Below are positions 9,256 to 19,316 of a stretch of DNA of 64,000 nucleotides, one piece after another. The notes beneath the pieces are model-generated. The model saw nothing but the letters and a program-made list of their open reading frames with translations. It did no database searches and had not been told where the DNA came from. The DNA comes from Phycisphaerae bacterium (lineage in GTDB: Bacteria; Planctomycetota; Phycisphaerae; UBA1845; Fen-1342): positions 1-64,000 of the forward strand of contig CAXXWX010000004.1 of assembly GCA_963675745.2 (NCBI GenBank), written 5' to 3'. Numbering within the stretch: position 1 is the first letter of the stretch; each line of letters opens with the position of its first letter. The position numbers and the translations under genes are program-made.

Positions 9256-11022
9256 GTGATGAGATCCTGAGACAACTTCGCGACGCAACACTCGTGGCCT
9301 GGGTGCTACCCGGCGAAGCGTGGCCGCGGTCTTTGATGTCGAGCACGTTGGTTCCGGCGCATTGGGTGGCGCTTGTCGAGCGGGCCCGGCGGGCAGCGGC
9401 GTCTCGTTCCCGCCGGCGATGATCCCAAACCAGAGCGTGGCGACCGGCTGTTGCTGGTGCGTAGCCGCCCGGTATCGGTTCCGCTGGCCGCTGTTGGTCA
9501 GCGCGCGTCTGATGAGCACCTGGTGAGTGCCCGGGCCGAGATGCGCGTGAGTTGGGAGCCGCACGAACACAACCTCGGCGCGCTGCTGAAATGGCTCGCC
9601 GGTGAGCCGGAACTGCGCGTGGACCGGCTGGCGCGCGCGATTGCTGAAGGCGGCGCGGCGCGCGCACTGCGTGACTTCATCCGCGCGCACGAGGCCGCCG
9701 CGCTGTGCGACACCGATTGGACGGTGGCCGTGGCGCAGGCCCTCGCCGTAGGCCTGAAGCGGCTGGTGTTTGACAGCGGGCTCACGATCGATCGAGTCAC
9801 CGGTCTGGCGTTCACGAGTGAGACGCTCGCGCGGCAGGATCGGCTCAAGCGCGAGACGGCGCAACGCGTTGAGCGCATCCGCGCCCGCGAACAGGTTGAA
9901 GAGGCCGCCGCCGCCGCCGCACATAAGCGGCTTGACGACCTCGGCGGGCTGCTGGAGAAGCTCAAGGGGGCCGCGGCCGACGATACGGACCTGCGCTGGC
10001 ACGATCTGCTGCCCTCGCTAACGCCCGGCGAACGTACACGGTTGCTCGAGAACCTGTGGCGAATCACACCCGATCAGTGCATCGCCGACCAGATCGTGGC
10101 GGTTGCCGGCCACGAGTGCCTCTGGCTGGAGCCGACGAATCCGGCGGAGCTGGGACGGCGCGTACGGCTGGCCGATGATCTGGGGCCGCTGCGCTCGATC
10201 CGCCACGACGCCGATGAGCGCAGATTGCTGATCGGTGCGGCCCTCGGCGTGTGGGTGCTGGACGCTGATGATGGTGGTGTTGTCGAGTGTTACCGCGCCG
10301 CGTGCGACAAACAGCCGCGCACTGGCTTCAACGCGGCGGGCGTTGTCGGCCAGCTACTGTTTGCCACGCACTCGGAACTGGGTTGCTGGATGTGGCCGGT
10401 GGACGAACCGCGGGGCGGCACTGCCCTGTTGGTCCCCGCCAATGGCGTACCGGGAGCGATTCGCGCGCTTGTCGCGACCAACGACGGGCGCGTGGCGTTT
10501 TCCGCAGATGCCGGCGTGCACCTGTACACTCCACAAACTGAAATGACAGATGTGCTGGGACCGTTTGGCGGGACCATCCAGAGCCTGGCGGTGCTTGGAA
10601 CACAGCTTTACGCGGGAACCACTGATGGCCACGTGTTGCGAGTGGACCTCGAGCCGATCGGCGGCACATGCGTGACCGTTCATCGCACATTCACTTCGAT
10701 TGAGTCGATTCATGCCCGGCGGTGGAACGACCTGGTCGAGGTTGTGATTCCCGCCGGCGATCTTGGCGTGTGTGGCGTCTTTGGCGAGGAAGCCGCGGTG
10801 ACGCGCCTGCTCGACGCGCCGATGTCGATTCGCCGGGCGTGGGCTTGCGACGACCTGATTGTGGCTCTCAGTGAGCGGCGTGATCGGTTGCTGGTGCTGC
10901 ACGCGGCCCTGCCCGGCCGGCACGTGCGCGAGGCGCCGGTTTCGCGTCTGGTGGGGCACTCCATTCAGGACGCCTGCCTGGTAACGCGTGATGTTGAGCG
11001 CGTTGGCGAGACGCCTGCATGA
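9252..11022 (+). CDS. SPFH/band-7-like N-terminal region + coiled coil + beta-propeller (frameshift near 9385)
   Basis: MSDEIL.. start joins the 9373-11022 frame; SPFH-like end (GLTIDRVTGLAF) then a charged coiled coil; C-half of repeated beta-strand blades (IRALVATNDGRVAFS, IQSLAVLGTQLYAGTTDG). Confidence 0.6.
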
Positions 11023-11142
11023 TGCGGCGGCGCGGGGCAGTTCATTACCTCGCGTAGTCTTCCGATTCCGTTGCACTGGCCGGGGGCGGTGGTTACGATG
11101 ATACAAGGCTGAAGTGGATCTATGCGTTCAAGGGGTCCTGGT

Positions 11143-11964
11143 ATGCGCCAGCATGCACGCCGGTCGTCCGCGGGGTTTACGCTGATCGAGTTGCTGGTGG
11201 TTGTCGCGATAATCGCTGTACTGATCGCGATATTGCTGCCATCGCTGGGTCAGGCGCGGGCCCAGAGCAAGATGGTGGTGTGCGGGACGAATTTGCGGCA
11301 AATCGGCTTGGGCATCCACGCCTATGCGAACGAGGCCGACGGGTTGATCCCGCGCGGCCCTGATCCGGTCCACCCATACGATTTTGCGTCGAACATCATC
11401 ATGACGAACCAGTTGTGGATCGGGACGGGCCTCGATGGCCCTCCGACGCTGCACCCACGCCAGCACATCGGCCTTGGCTCGCTTTACGCGACGGTTGCGC
11501 CGGAGCCGAAGCTGTATTGGTGCCCCGCCGATGACAGCCGCAGCCAGGCTACCGAGCTGCCCCAGATCGGCACGGACCATGATTCGTACGGATCGTACTA
11601 CTACCGTCAACTGGATCACCTGCCGGAAAGCAACGCGCGGGGGTTGCTGGATCGGCTGGGTGTGAACGTGATTGGCGAGGACGAGATTCCGGTTGCCGTG
11701 CAGGCTCTGGCTCTGGACGCCAACTCGTTGGGCGCCGGCGTATTCTGGCGCACGAATCACCGCGCCAAGCACGCCAACGTGCTGTTCGTCGATGGTAGCG
11801 TACAGCGCTATGCGAGCCGCGACGAGTCACTGGCAATTCCGGCCGCCGCGTATGACAACAACATGGCGTTTCTCCTGCGGTACATCGACCAGCTTCTCAC
11901 CAACGCCGACTATTCCTTGCGCGGGCAGCCTTGGGAGGCCCCGCGCATCACCGGGTTACCATAG
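11143..11964 (+). CDS. Prepilin-type N-terminal cleavage/methylation, H-X9-DG (DUF1559-like) protein
   Basis: [26 protein letters not shown]-terminal [13 protein letters not shown]. Confidence 0.92.
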   Translation: MRQHARRSSAGFTLIELLVVVAIIAVLIAILLPSLGQARAQSKMVVCGTNLRQIGLGIHAYANEADGLIPRGPDPVHPYDFASNIIMTNQLWIGTGLDGPPTLHPRQHIGLGSLYATVAPEPKLYWCPADDSRSQATELPQIGTDHDSYGSYYYRQLDHLPESNARGLLDRLGVNVIGEDEIPVAVQALALDANSLGAGVFWRTNHRAKHANVLFVDGSVQRYASRDESLAIPAAAYDNNMAFLLRYIDQLLTNADYSLRGQPWEAPRITGLP

Positions 11965-12000
11965 AGCCGTTGACCGGCGCCACCAACGGAGGGACGTGTT

Positions 12001-12906
12001 ATGACACGGTTGCGATCGGGATTCACATTGATCGAGTTGTTGGTCGTCGTCGCGATCATCGCGCTGCTGATTGCGATTCTCCTGCCGTCGCTGTCTGGTG
12101 CGCGCGAGCAAACGCGTACCGTCGTATGCCTGTCGAACATGCGTCAATTGTCGCACGGCTGGCACATGTACGCCGACGACAACAATGACACGTGCCTGCC
12201 GGGGCGCTACGCGAAGTTCTCGGGTGGCACGTCGAACCCGGCTAATTACTACGATATCGGCAACGGCACGAAGTACCGGCCGCGCTGGATCGCCACGATG
12301 GGCGGGTACGTTGGCCTGCCCGCCTGGAGTAACCCGATTCCCGAGGATGATCGGCAGGACTACGACGGCAAGGTCTACCAGTGCCCGAAGGTGCCCAATT
12401 GGACCGACACACGCAACCACTGCTACGGCTACAACCACCAGTTTCTGGGTAACGCGCGCAAGACCAACGGGAAGTACCACAATTACCCGGTCAACCGCTC
12501 GCGCCTGTCGACCTTCGCGGGGACCGTGATGGCCACTGATTGCCTGGGGACCGCGGCCGGCGTGCCCAAAAGCGAACGGCAGCCGTACTCCAACGATGGC
12601 AAGGCGATGGAAGCCAAGGGCAACCACGGCTGGACGCTCGATCCACCGCGCCTGTCAGATCGCTCAGACCGCGGCACCGGCGATGCCGGCTCGCTCCGTA
12701 CGGCGCCGGATGCGCGTCACCGCGGCCGCACCAACGCGCTGTTCTGTGACGGTCACGCCCGTTCGGCGACGGTTTATGAGCTGGGTTACCGCGTGCTGGA
12801 TGACGGGCAGTTCATTGACCTGGAACCGACCGAGGACGACCCCCCGCTCAACAACCTGTTCTGCGGTTTCGGCGGCGATCGCGACGCCCCGCCTCTGCCA
12901 GAGTAG
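12001..12906 (+). CDS. Prepilin-type N-terminal cleavage/methylation, H-X9-DG (DUF1559-like) protein
   Basis: [28 protein letters not shown]. Confidence 0.92.
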   Translation: MTRLRSGFTLIELLVVVAIIALLIAILLPSLSGAREQTRTVVCLSNMRQLSHGWHMYADDNNDTCLPGRYAKFSGGTSNPANYYDIGNGTKYRPRWIATMGGYVGLPAWSNPIPEDDRQDYDGKVYQCPKVPNWTDTRNHCYGYNHQFLGNARKTNGKYHNYPVNRSRLSTFAGTVMATDCLGTAAGVPKSERQPYSNDGKAMEAKGNHGWTLDPPRLSDRSDRGTGDAGSLRTAPDARHRGRTNALFCDGHARSATVYELGYRVLDDGQFIDLEPTEDDPPLNNLFCGFGGDRDAPPLPE

Positions 12907-12961
12907 GCCGCGTCCCGCGCAGACAGCGGCTTTCGTTCGACTGCTTGGTGCGGGCACAAAT

Positions 12962-13041
12962 GTAGCGGCCTGCGCCTCGCAGGCCGTCGGCGTATGTAGC
13001 GCTCGCGATATGCGGCGGCCGGCGGGGCGCCGGCCGTTACA
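12962..13041. repeat. REP-like cluster between convergent genes
   Basis: GTAGCGGCCTGCGCCTCGCAGGCCGTC is the reverse complement of the 8741/8820 hairpin; 13026-13041 is the reverse complement of 8707-8722. Confidence 0.8.
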
Positions 13042-13093
13042 TATCGCGCGGAAGCGCGGCGTGAAATGCGAGTTTTATCCGCGTGACGCGGCG

Positions 13094-14674
13094 CTACCGC
13101 TGCTCCACGCTCTCCGCTGGTACTACCGGCAACTGCTGCGGCGCGTGTTCCGCGTCGGCCAGCCCGAGCTCTTCCATCGATTTGGTCTGCGGAGCTGACG
13201 CGAGGGGCGGGAACTTCGCGGCGATGGCCGTGCCGTTTCTCGCGCGCGAACCGTGCATCTGAAAAGCGGCCAGAACCTTCTTCATCCGCGGTGACATGCG
13301 CGGCGTGAATCCGAAGCGTCTCTCATCGTGTGGTGCCTGGATTCGGGCCATGCGCTTCCAGCCACGGTTCATCCCCAGCACAAACAACGCCGTCGTCAGC
13401 GAACGCGTGCGCAGCAGCGTGCGCAGGGCACGCTTCCATACCCAGTTGGTTTTGGCGGCGGCGTAACGCAGCTCGTAGATGGCCTCGTCCAACTCGCGCG
13501 CTGACATGCGCGCCGGATTGTAGATGGTTTCCACGAACGAGTAGCGCTCCCAATCCTGGGGGTAGTCAGTCGCCGTGATGCGTCCCTCTTCGCGATAGCG
13601 CTCATACATCGTCGTGCCGGGCAGCAACGTCAGGTTCGTAATCTGGATAATGTCGATGCCAAGCTGAACGGCGAGCATCGCGGTGTCGGCCACCGTGTCA
13701 GGCGTATCCTCATCAGAGCCGATGATGAACCCGCCGAAGACGGAAATACCGGCCCGGTGGAAGCCGGCGACCAGATCGGGATAGCGCAACAGGTTTTTGC
13801 GGTTGATGCCCTTGTGGTAGTTCTTGAGTGAGGCTTCATCAAATGACTCGAAGCCGACCAGCATGCCGCGGCAGCCGGCCTTGTACGCCAGCTTGAGCCC
13901 TTCAGGATCGTCGGCCATGTTGAGCGTCGTCTGGCTGAACCAGAGACGCTTCCTGCCGTGCTTGATGAGCGCGCGCAGCAGATCCTTGGCCCACTCGGCG
14001 TGGCGCGGCCCGACGCCGAAGAAGTTGTCATCGACGACGAAGATAAACTTCTGCGGCGTGCTGTTCCATTCATTGATAATGTCGCTGATCTGTCGGCGGC
14101 GGATTTGCGGGCCGTTAAAGCGCGTGACCGAACAATACTCGCAGCCGACCGGGCACCCGCGTGAGGTCTGGATGGCGGCGACGGTGTACTTGCCGTTGAT
14201 CGGTTGCAGGGCCTGGTCGGCGCCGCCGAGATGATTCGATTCGAGATCGGACAGCGTGCCGGTATAGCGCGACTGCAAGCGCCCGGCGGCGGTATCACGC
14301 ACGATCTCGGGCCAGATTTCGTCGCATTCGCCGATGGCCACCGAGTCGAAGTGCTGCGCGGCCTCGTCGGGGCACGCGGACGCGTGGGGCCCGCCCATGA
14401 TGGTGGGGATGCCTTGTTGTCGGCATGTTTGGGCGATTTCGTAGGCGCGCGTCGCGCCACTCGTGTATGAGGTAACGCCCACCAGGTCATAGCGGTCACG
14501 CGTCAGCACCGCCTCGGTGGCGTCGGGGCCGAAGATTTCGTCGATGATCTCGACTTCGTGCTCGGCGGGCGCAAGCTGCGCAAGCACCTGCAGCCCGAGC
14601 TGCGGGATATAGCTGCCCACGGTGTGGTAGCCTTGGGTGCGGCGTGTGACCGGATTGATAAGCGCGATACGCAC
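13094..14674 (-). CDS. Cobalamin-binding radical SAM protein
   Basis: RIALINP..PQLGL..LA B12-binding domain, MGGPHAS, QTSRGCPVGCEYC (CxxxCxxC), FVVDDNF; GTG start with AGGA SD. Confidence 0.92.
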   Translation of the reverse strand: MRIALINPVTRRTQGYHTVGSYIPQLGLQVLAQLAPAEHEVEIIDEIFGPDATEAVLTRDRYDLVGVTSYTSGATRAYEIAQTCRQQGIPTIMGGPHASACPDEAAQHFDSVAIGECDEIWPEIVRDTAAGRLQSRYTGTLSDLESNHLGGADQALQPINGKYTVAAIQTSRGCPVGCEYCSVTRFNGPQIRRRQISDIINEWNSTPQKFIFVVDDNFFGVGPRHAEWAKDLLRALIKHGRKRLWFSQTTLNMADDPEGLKLAYKAGCRGMLVGFESFDEASLKNYHKGINRKNLLRYPDLVAGFHRAGISVFGGFIIGSDEDTPDTVADTAMLAVQLGIDIIQITNLTLLPGTTMYERYREEGRITATDYPQDWERYSFVETIYNPARMSARELDEAIYELRYAAAKTNWVWKRALRTLLRTRSLTTALFVLGMNRGWKRMARIQAPHDERRFGFTPRMSPRMKKVLAAFQMHGSRARNGTAIAAKFPPLASAPQTKSMEELGLADAEHAPQQLPVVPAESVEQR

Positions 14675-14899
14675 GTTACGTCCTTTTGTCGGGGGGGCTG
14701 CTGACCGGCGACCCCGGCGGGCCACGGCGTCGCGGCCCTGGGTGGATCAGTGATTCTAGCGGCGCCGGGCGTGCGCAGATATGTGCATGTTCAATATTCC
14801 TGCCGCAACCAACCAGTCCGCTTGGCGTATCAAACCGTGTGACCTGCATGCAGTGTCGGCCGAATCCGAGTATTCCACCTGCAAATGGAGGATGTTTTG

Positions 14900-15604
14900 A
14901 TGCGCACACGAACGCTGCAAACCGCCGGAATCGCCACAGGCGGCGCGCTGTTTCTAATCGCGATGATCGCGCTGCCGGCCCTGGGACAGCAAGACCGCCC
15001 GCGTGGCGCAAGGCCTGACGAAGTACCCCAGATCCCCGTGCGCTTCCAGGCTACCGTGTTCAAAGTCAATCTGGACAAGCAGCACCTTGCCGAGATTGAT
15101 GCTCAGGCCCTCGCCGCGGCGGGTGGAAGCGCGCCTGAAATGGCCAAGACGCTGTCCGACTTTGGTAAGGTCGAGGCGCTTTATCGCGTTGACCAGGTGC
15201 TGTCGCTGACGGGGCGGGGCCGCAATCGAATTATCATCACGCGCGATACGCCGTACACATCCGGCATAGGTATGTCACAGTCCGGTCAGGTCACGACCTC
15301 GATATCGAGGCAGAGCGTGGGGGCGTCGTTTGAAATCTACGGCGGGTATGCGTCGAAAGCCGGCGGTGCGCCGCTGAGTGTGCAGATTCAGGTTGAGCTA
15401 TCGGCGATAACGGACAGCAGCATTGAAGTGGGCCCAAAGGTCAGCTCACCGGTGTTCTGGAAGGTCGAACAGGCCTACAGCGCGCCCACCGAGTACGGCG
15501 CTCCGATCGTGCTGCTGACGGTCGACGGCGCCGCCACCACTGGTCACGACAACCCGATCGCGTTTGTGACGTTGATCAAGCTGACCGAGCCGGGATCAAG
15601 CTGA
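14900..15604 (+). CDS. Secreted hypothetical protein
   Basis: GGAGG SD, signal peptide, beta-rich body. Confidence 0.7.
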   Translation: MRTRTLQTAGIATGGALFLIAMIALPALGQQDRPRGARPDEVPQIPVRFQATVFKVNLDKQHLAEIDAQALAAAGGSAPEMAKTLSDFGKVEALYRVDQVLSLTGRGRNRIIITRDTPYTSGIGMSQSGQVTTSISRQSVGASFEIYGGYASKAGGAPLSVQIQVELSAITDSSIEVGPKVSSPVFWKVEQAYSAPTEYGAPIVLLTVDGAATTGHDNPIAFVTLIKLTEPGSS

Positions 15605-15787
15605 CCAAGCCGGCGGCCGCGACGGGGCGGCCTTGACGCCTCCGAGCACTTGTCACCTCCGAGGGGGACACTCTCCCTCGGAGGATCATGTGCCAGGGAC
15701 TGACGTGTGCCGGTTGGCGGCCTGGATGTGGAGCGTTCGTGATACATGCGTGTATACTGTCTGTGGCATAGCCTAGGAGTCACAGAC

Positions 15788-16747
15788 ATGCATCGATTTT
15801 CCGCGGTATTAGCTGCATCAAGCGTAATCATGCTCCTGGTGGGTACGGGGTGCCAGGGTCGCACGGACAAGTCCGCGCACGAGCCGCGCCCCGGTAAGAA
15901 GACCGCGGAGGCCAAGCGCTACAACTATGTGCCGCGACCGTACCCCGTAGATGAGCGCGGGTTTTCCCCGGTGGACAAAGCCCTCGCCAAGGCCTTTGCC
16001 CGCGAGGAAATGGTCGTCGCTGATGACGGATCGCTCAATCCGTACGTGATGAAGGTGATCTCGGCCTATCCGCTCGACGGCTCTTATCCCTACCACTGTG
16101 GTTGGGATCCCAGGGAATACGATATCTACAACGGCGTCACGCAGGATCTGTGGTACGACGGTCGCGTGGTGGCCAAGGCCTATCCCGATGGCTCGCGGTG
16201 CAGCTACTGCTGTGGGCTGACCTTCGAGATATTCGTGCGGGCGATGAAGCTGCGTAACGTGCAGAAAGGGCTGGACCCGGACGATTTCAACGGCATGACG
16301 TTTCACGATCTCTTCAATCTGCTGCAACTCTGGTACATCGAGGGCAAGGGTGACAGCCCGCAGCTTGGGATCGTGTCTTACGGGCTGGGGCGCGCGATTA
16401 CCGATTTTGACGATGCCCGCCCCGGTGATTTCGCCGACTACAGCACGACCCCCTCGGGCGGGCATTCAGTGATATTCATTAACTGGATACGCGACGAACA
16501 GGGCAAGATCGTCGGATTCAAATACTTCTCGTCAAACCTCTCCGGGACGCATGGCGTCGGTTATGGCAAGGGGCGCTTCAGCGACGCGAACGACAGCGGT
16601 CGCGGCATCCTCCGCAAGTCAATGCGTATTTCCCGAGTCGGCGGCATCGAGGATTACAGGCCGTTCAACCGGCTGAATATCCCGTGCCGCAACGCCTACG
16701 CTCCGCACCAACCCGACCGGCTCTTGAGCGAACCGACCGGGCCCTGA
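15788..16747 (+). CDS. Lipoprotein, possible NlpC/P60 (papain-like) hydrolase
   Basis: Lipobox-like LLVGTGC; SYCCGLTFE and GGHSVIF motifs preceded by RPGDF. Confidence 0.7.
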   Translation: MHRFSAVLAASSVIMLLVGTGCQGRTDKSAHEPRPGKKTAEAKRYNYVPRPYPVDERGFSPVDKALAKAFAREEMVVADDGSLNPYVMKVISAYPLDGSYPYHCGWDPREYDIYNGVTQDLWYDGRVVAKAYPDGSRCSYCCGLTFEIFVRAMKLRNVQKGLDPDDFNGMTFHDLFNLLQLWYIEGKGDSPQLGIVSYGLGRAITDFDDARPGDFADYSTTPSGGHSVIFINWIRDEQGKIVGFKYFSSNLSGTHGVGYGKGRFSDANDSGRGILRKSMRISRVGGIEDYRPFNRLNIPCRNAYAPHQPDRLLSEPTGP

Positions 16748-16810
16748 CTCCATCCGAATGTGGCGGCAGGCACTCGGCCGGAGGTGAACACCGCTGCGTC
16801 GGCTACCTCG

Positions 16811-16836
16811 ACGGCCTGCGAGGCGCAGGCCGTTAC
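16811..16836. repeat. REP-like hairpin, same family as 8741
   Basis: ACGGCCTGCGAGGCGCAGGCCGTTAC. Confidence 0.8.
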
Positions 16837-16935
16837 AGTGCTGCTCGCGCGAAGCCGCTGAGTCAGAGACGGCAGCGGCTGAGCGCGGCTTCGGTGTCTC
16901 GCGGTTCGATCCGGCGACCGCTATGCTTGGCAGCC

Positions 16936-18081
16936 ATGGCACTTGCTTTGACAATCCTCCTCTGGCTTGGGGCGATCCTCTGGATCATCTTCCTGCTTCA
17001 GTTGGCCGTGAACTGGGTTCTGGTGCCCGCTCTCTGCCGCAAGACGACTAACCCGCCCGGTCGGTGGCCGTCTGTGTCGATTGTCGTTCCGGCGCGCAAC
17101 GAGGAGCGGCGCATTCGCGAAGCCGTTTCTTCGTTTTGCCGGCAGGACTATGACGACTTCGAGGTCGTGGTGGTCGATGACGGTTCGACCGATGCGACCC
17201 CGCAGATTCTGCGCGCGCTGCAATCCGCATATCCCAACCTGAAGGTCGTCGCCGGTCAGGAGCCGCCCGAAGGCTGGCTGGGAAAACCAAACGCACTTGA
17301 AACCGGCCGCACTCATGCGCGCGGGCAGTGGCTGCTCTTCGTCGACGCCGACGTGGAATACGCCCCGACGCTCTTACGGCGGGCAGTGGCGTATGCGCTG
17401 GAGCAAGACGCGGCGATGCTGTTTCTTTTGCCGGGTCTGACAACGGCGTCCGTCATTGAGGCGGTGATCATGTCGTCGTTGTGTCTGGTCCCTTTCGCCG
17501 TTGTGCCGACGTTCCTCGTCAGCCGTACGCCCGGCGCGCTGTTCGCGGTTGGTGGCGGCGTGTTCAATCTCGTTCGGCGGGATGCGCTGGAGACCTGTGG
17601 CGCCTTTGCATGCCTCAAAGACGCGGTTATTGACGATATCGGGCTGGGATATGCCATCAAGCGCGCCGGGTTCAAACAGGCCGTCGGGTTGTCCGGCCCC
17701 TTGATCCGCGTGCGCATGTACGACGGTGCGTGGGCCACAATCGAGGGTTTCACCAAGAACGCCTACTCGGCGATGGGCCGCCGCTGGTGGGCCGTGCCGG
17801 CGGTTCTCGCCACCGGCACAGTTATCAGTCTGCTGCCGTACTACGGTTTCTTTGCGGCGCTGGTGGCGGGTTCGATCAGCGTGCCGGCGACGATCTCGCT
17901 GGCGTGTATGCATGTAACCCTGGCCGCACTGGCGATTCTGTTCCGCCAGCCGTGGCAGATCATATTTCTCAATCCACTGCGCGAGCTCTGCTGGTGGCTG
18001 ATCATGTTCCGTTCCGTCGCCCGGCATCACCGCCACGGCGTGGTCTGGCGCGGTCGCCGATACGACTTGACAAAGAACTAG
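16936..18081 (+). CDS. GT2 membrane glycosyltransferase (HpnB/CrtQ-like)
   Basis: VSIVVPARNEE, VDDGSTD, PEGWLGK, FVDAD, VIDD, WRGR; TM helices at both ends. Confidence 0.9.
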   Translation: MALALTILLWLGAILWIIFLLQLAVNWVLVPALCRKTTNPPGRWPSVSIVVPARNEERRIREAVSSFCRQDYDDFEVVVVDDGSTDATPQILRALQSAYPNLKVVAGQEPPEGWLGKPNALETGRTHARGQWLLFVDADVEYAPTLLRRAVAYALEQDAAMLFLLPGLTTASVIEAVIMSSLCLVPFAVVPTFLVSRTPGALFAVGGGVFNLVRRDALETCGAFACLKDAVIDDIGLGYAIKRAGFKQAVGLSGPLIRVRMYDGAWATIEGFTKNAYSAMGRRWWAVPAVLATGTVISLLPYYGFFAALVAGSISVPATISLACMHVTLAALAILFRQPWQIIFLNPLRELCWWLIMFRSVARHHRHGVVWRGRRYDLTKN

Positions 18082-18174
18082 CTGATTGCCGATGGCGCCT
18101 GCGCCTGGTTATGCGCACGCGCGATAGCCGCTAGAATGCCGCCAACCGGGGAATAGTGTTTGCGGGTGGTGCGA

Positions 18175-19314
18175 ATGAAACGTGTATTGCTGGTGTTTGG
18201 TACGCGGCCCGAGGTGATCAAACTCGCGCCGCTGGCACATGAGCTTTTGCGACGGCGTGACGAAGTCGAGCTGACACTCTGCTCGACCGGCCAGCACCGC
18301 GAGATGCTGCTTGACGCGCTGGCCGCGTTTGACCTCACCGCCGACATCGATTTGTCCTTGATGCGTCCCGGCCAGCAGCCGGCCGAGCTCGTCGGGCGAC
18401 TGTTGCTGGCCCTGCACCCGGTGCTGGCTGAACGTCGGCCTGACGTGGTGGTTGTCCAGGGAGATACGTCCACGGTCATGGCCGCCGCATTGGCCGGATT
18501 CATGCACGACGCCCGGGTTGCTCACGTCGAGGCGGGTTTGCGCACGCGTGACAAACGCGCGCCGTTTCCGGAGGAAGTTAACCGGAGGGTGGCGAGCGTG
18601 GTGGCCGATTATCACCTGGCACCGACGGCGCAAGCGCGCGAGAACCTGCTGCACGAGCACATTCCCGACGATTCGATTTTCATAACCGGCAACACGGTGG
18701 TCGATGCGCTGTTCTGGATGCGTGAGCGCGTGGCCGACCGGCCGCTGAGAGCCGAACTGGACCCGGAAGGCCGCCGTCTGGTGCTGGTCACGGCCCACCG
18801 GCGTGAGAGTTTTGGGGAGCCGTTTCGCGATCTGTGTCTGGCGCTGCGCGAGGTTGCCGAGCGACACCCGGACGTGCTGCTTGTGTATCCGGTACACCTG
18901 AACCCCAATGTGCAGCGCCCCGTGCGCGAAATCCTGGACGGCTGCGCGGGTGTGCGCCTGGTTGCGCCCGTCGCTTACGCCGAACTCGTCGCCTTGCTCA
19001 CTCGGGCACACATCGTGTTGACTGATTCCGGCGGCATTCAGGAAGAGGCCGGCACGCTCGGAAAGCCGACGCTGATCCTGCGCGACAAGACCGAGCGCCC
19101 GGAGGTGGTCATGGCCGGCGTGGCTGAGCTGGTCGGCACGCAGCGAGAACGGATTGTCGGCGCGGCGTCACGGCTGCTCACTGATGACGACGCCTACGCA
19201 AGTATGGCGCGCGCCATTAATCTGATCGGCGACGGAAAGGCGGCGCCGCGTTGTGCCGAGGTCATTCTCAATGGCCGAATGAACGCGCCGTCGTTTGAGC
19301 CGGAAATCATCTAA
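18175..19314 (+). CDS. wecB: UDP-N-acetylglucosamine 2-epimerase (non-hydrolysing)
   Basis: FGTRPEVIK, TGQH, QGDT, HVEAGLR, PEEVNR, TAHRRE, TDSGGIQEE, TERPE. Confidence 0.96.
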   Translation: MKRVLLVFGTRPEVIKLAPLAHELLRRRDEVELTLCSTGQHREMLLDALAAFDLTADIDLSLMRPGQQPAELVGRLLLALHPVLAERRPDVVVVQGDTSTVMAAALAGFMHDARVAHVEAGLRTRDKRAPFPEEVNRRVASVVADYHLAPTAQARENLLHEHIPDDSIFITGNTVVDALFWMRERVADRPLRAELDPEGRRLVLVTAHRRESFGEPFRDLCLALREVAERHPDVLLVYPVHLNPNVQRPVREILDGCAGVRLVAPVAYAELVALLTRAHIVLTDSGGIQEEAGTLGKPTLILRDKTERPEVVMAGVAELVGTQRERIVGAASRLLTDDDAYASMARAINLIGDGKAAPRCAEVILNGRMNAPSFEPEII

Positions 19315-19316
19315 CC

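Noticed and set aside
381..9400. Frameshifts as pseudogenisation or programmed frameshifting (many in 480-1200; also about 3060, 7425, 8060, 8970-9005, 9385)
   Set aside because: They are single-base indels, often in short homopolymers, densest near the window start, and catalytic motifs are intact. Sequencing or consensus error is more likely. Read mapping would decide.
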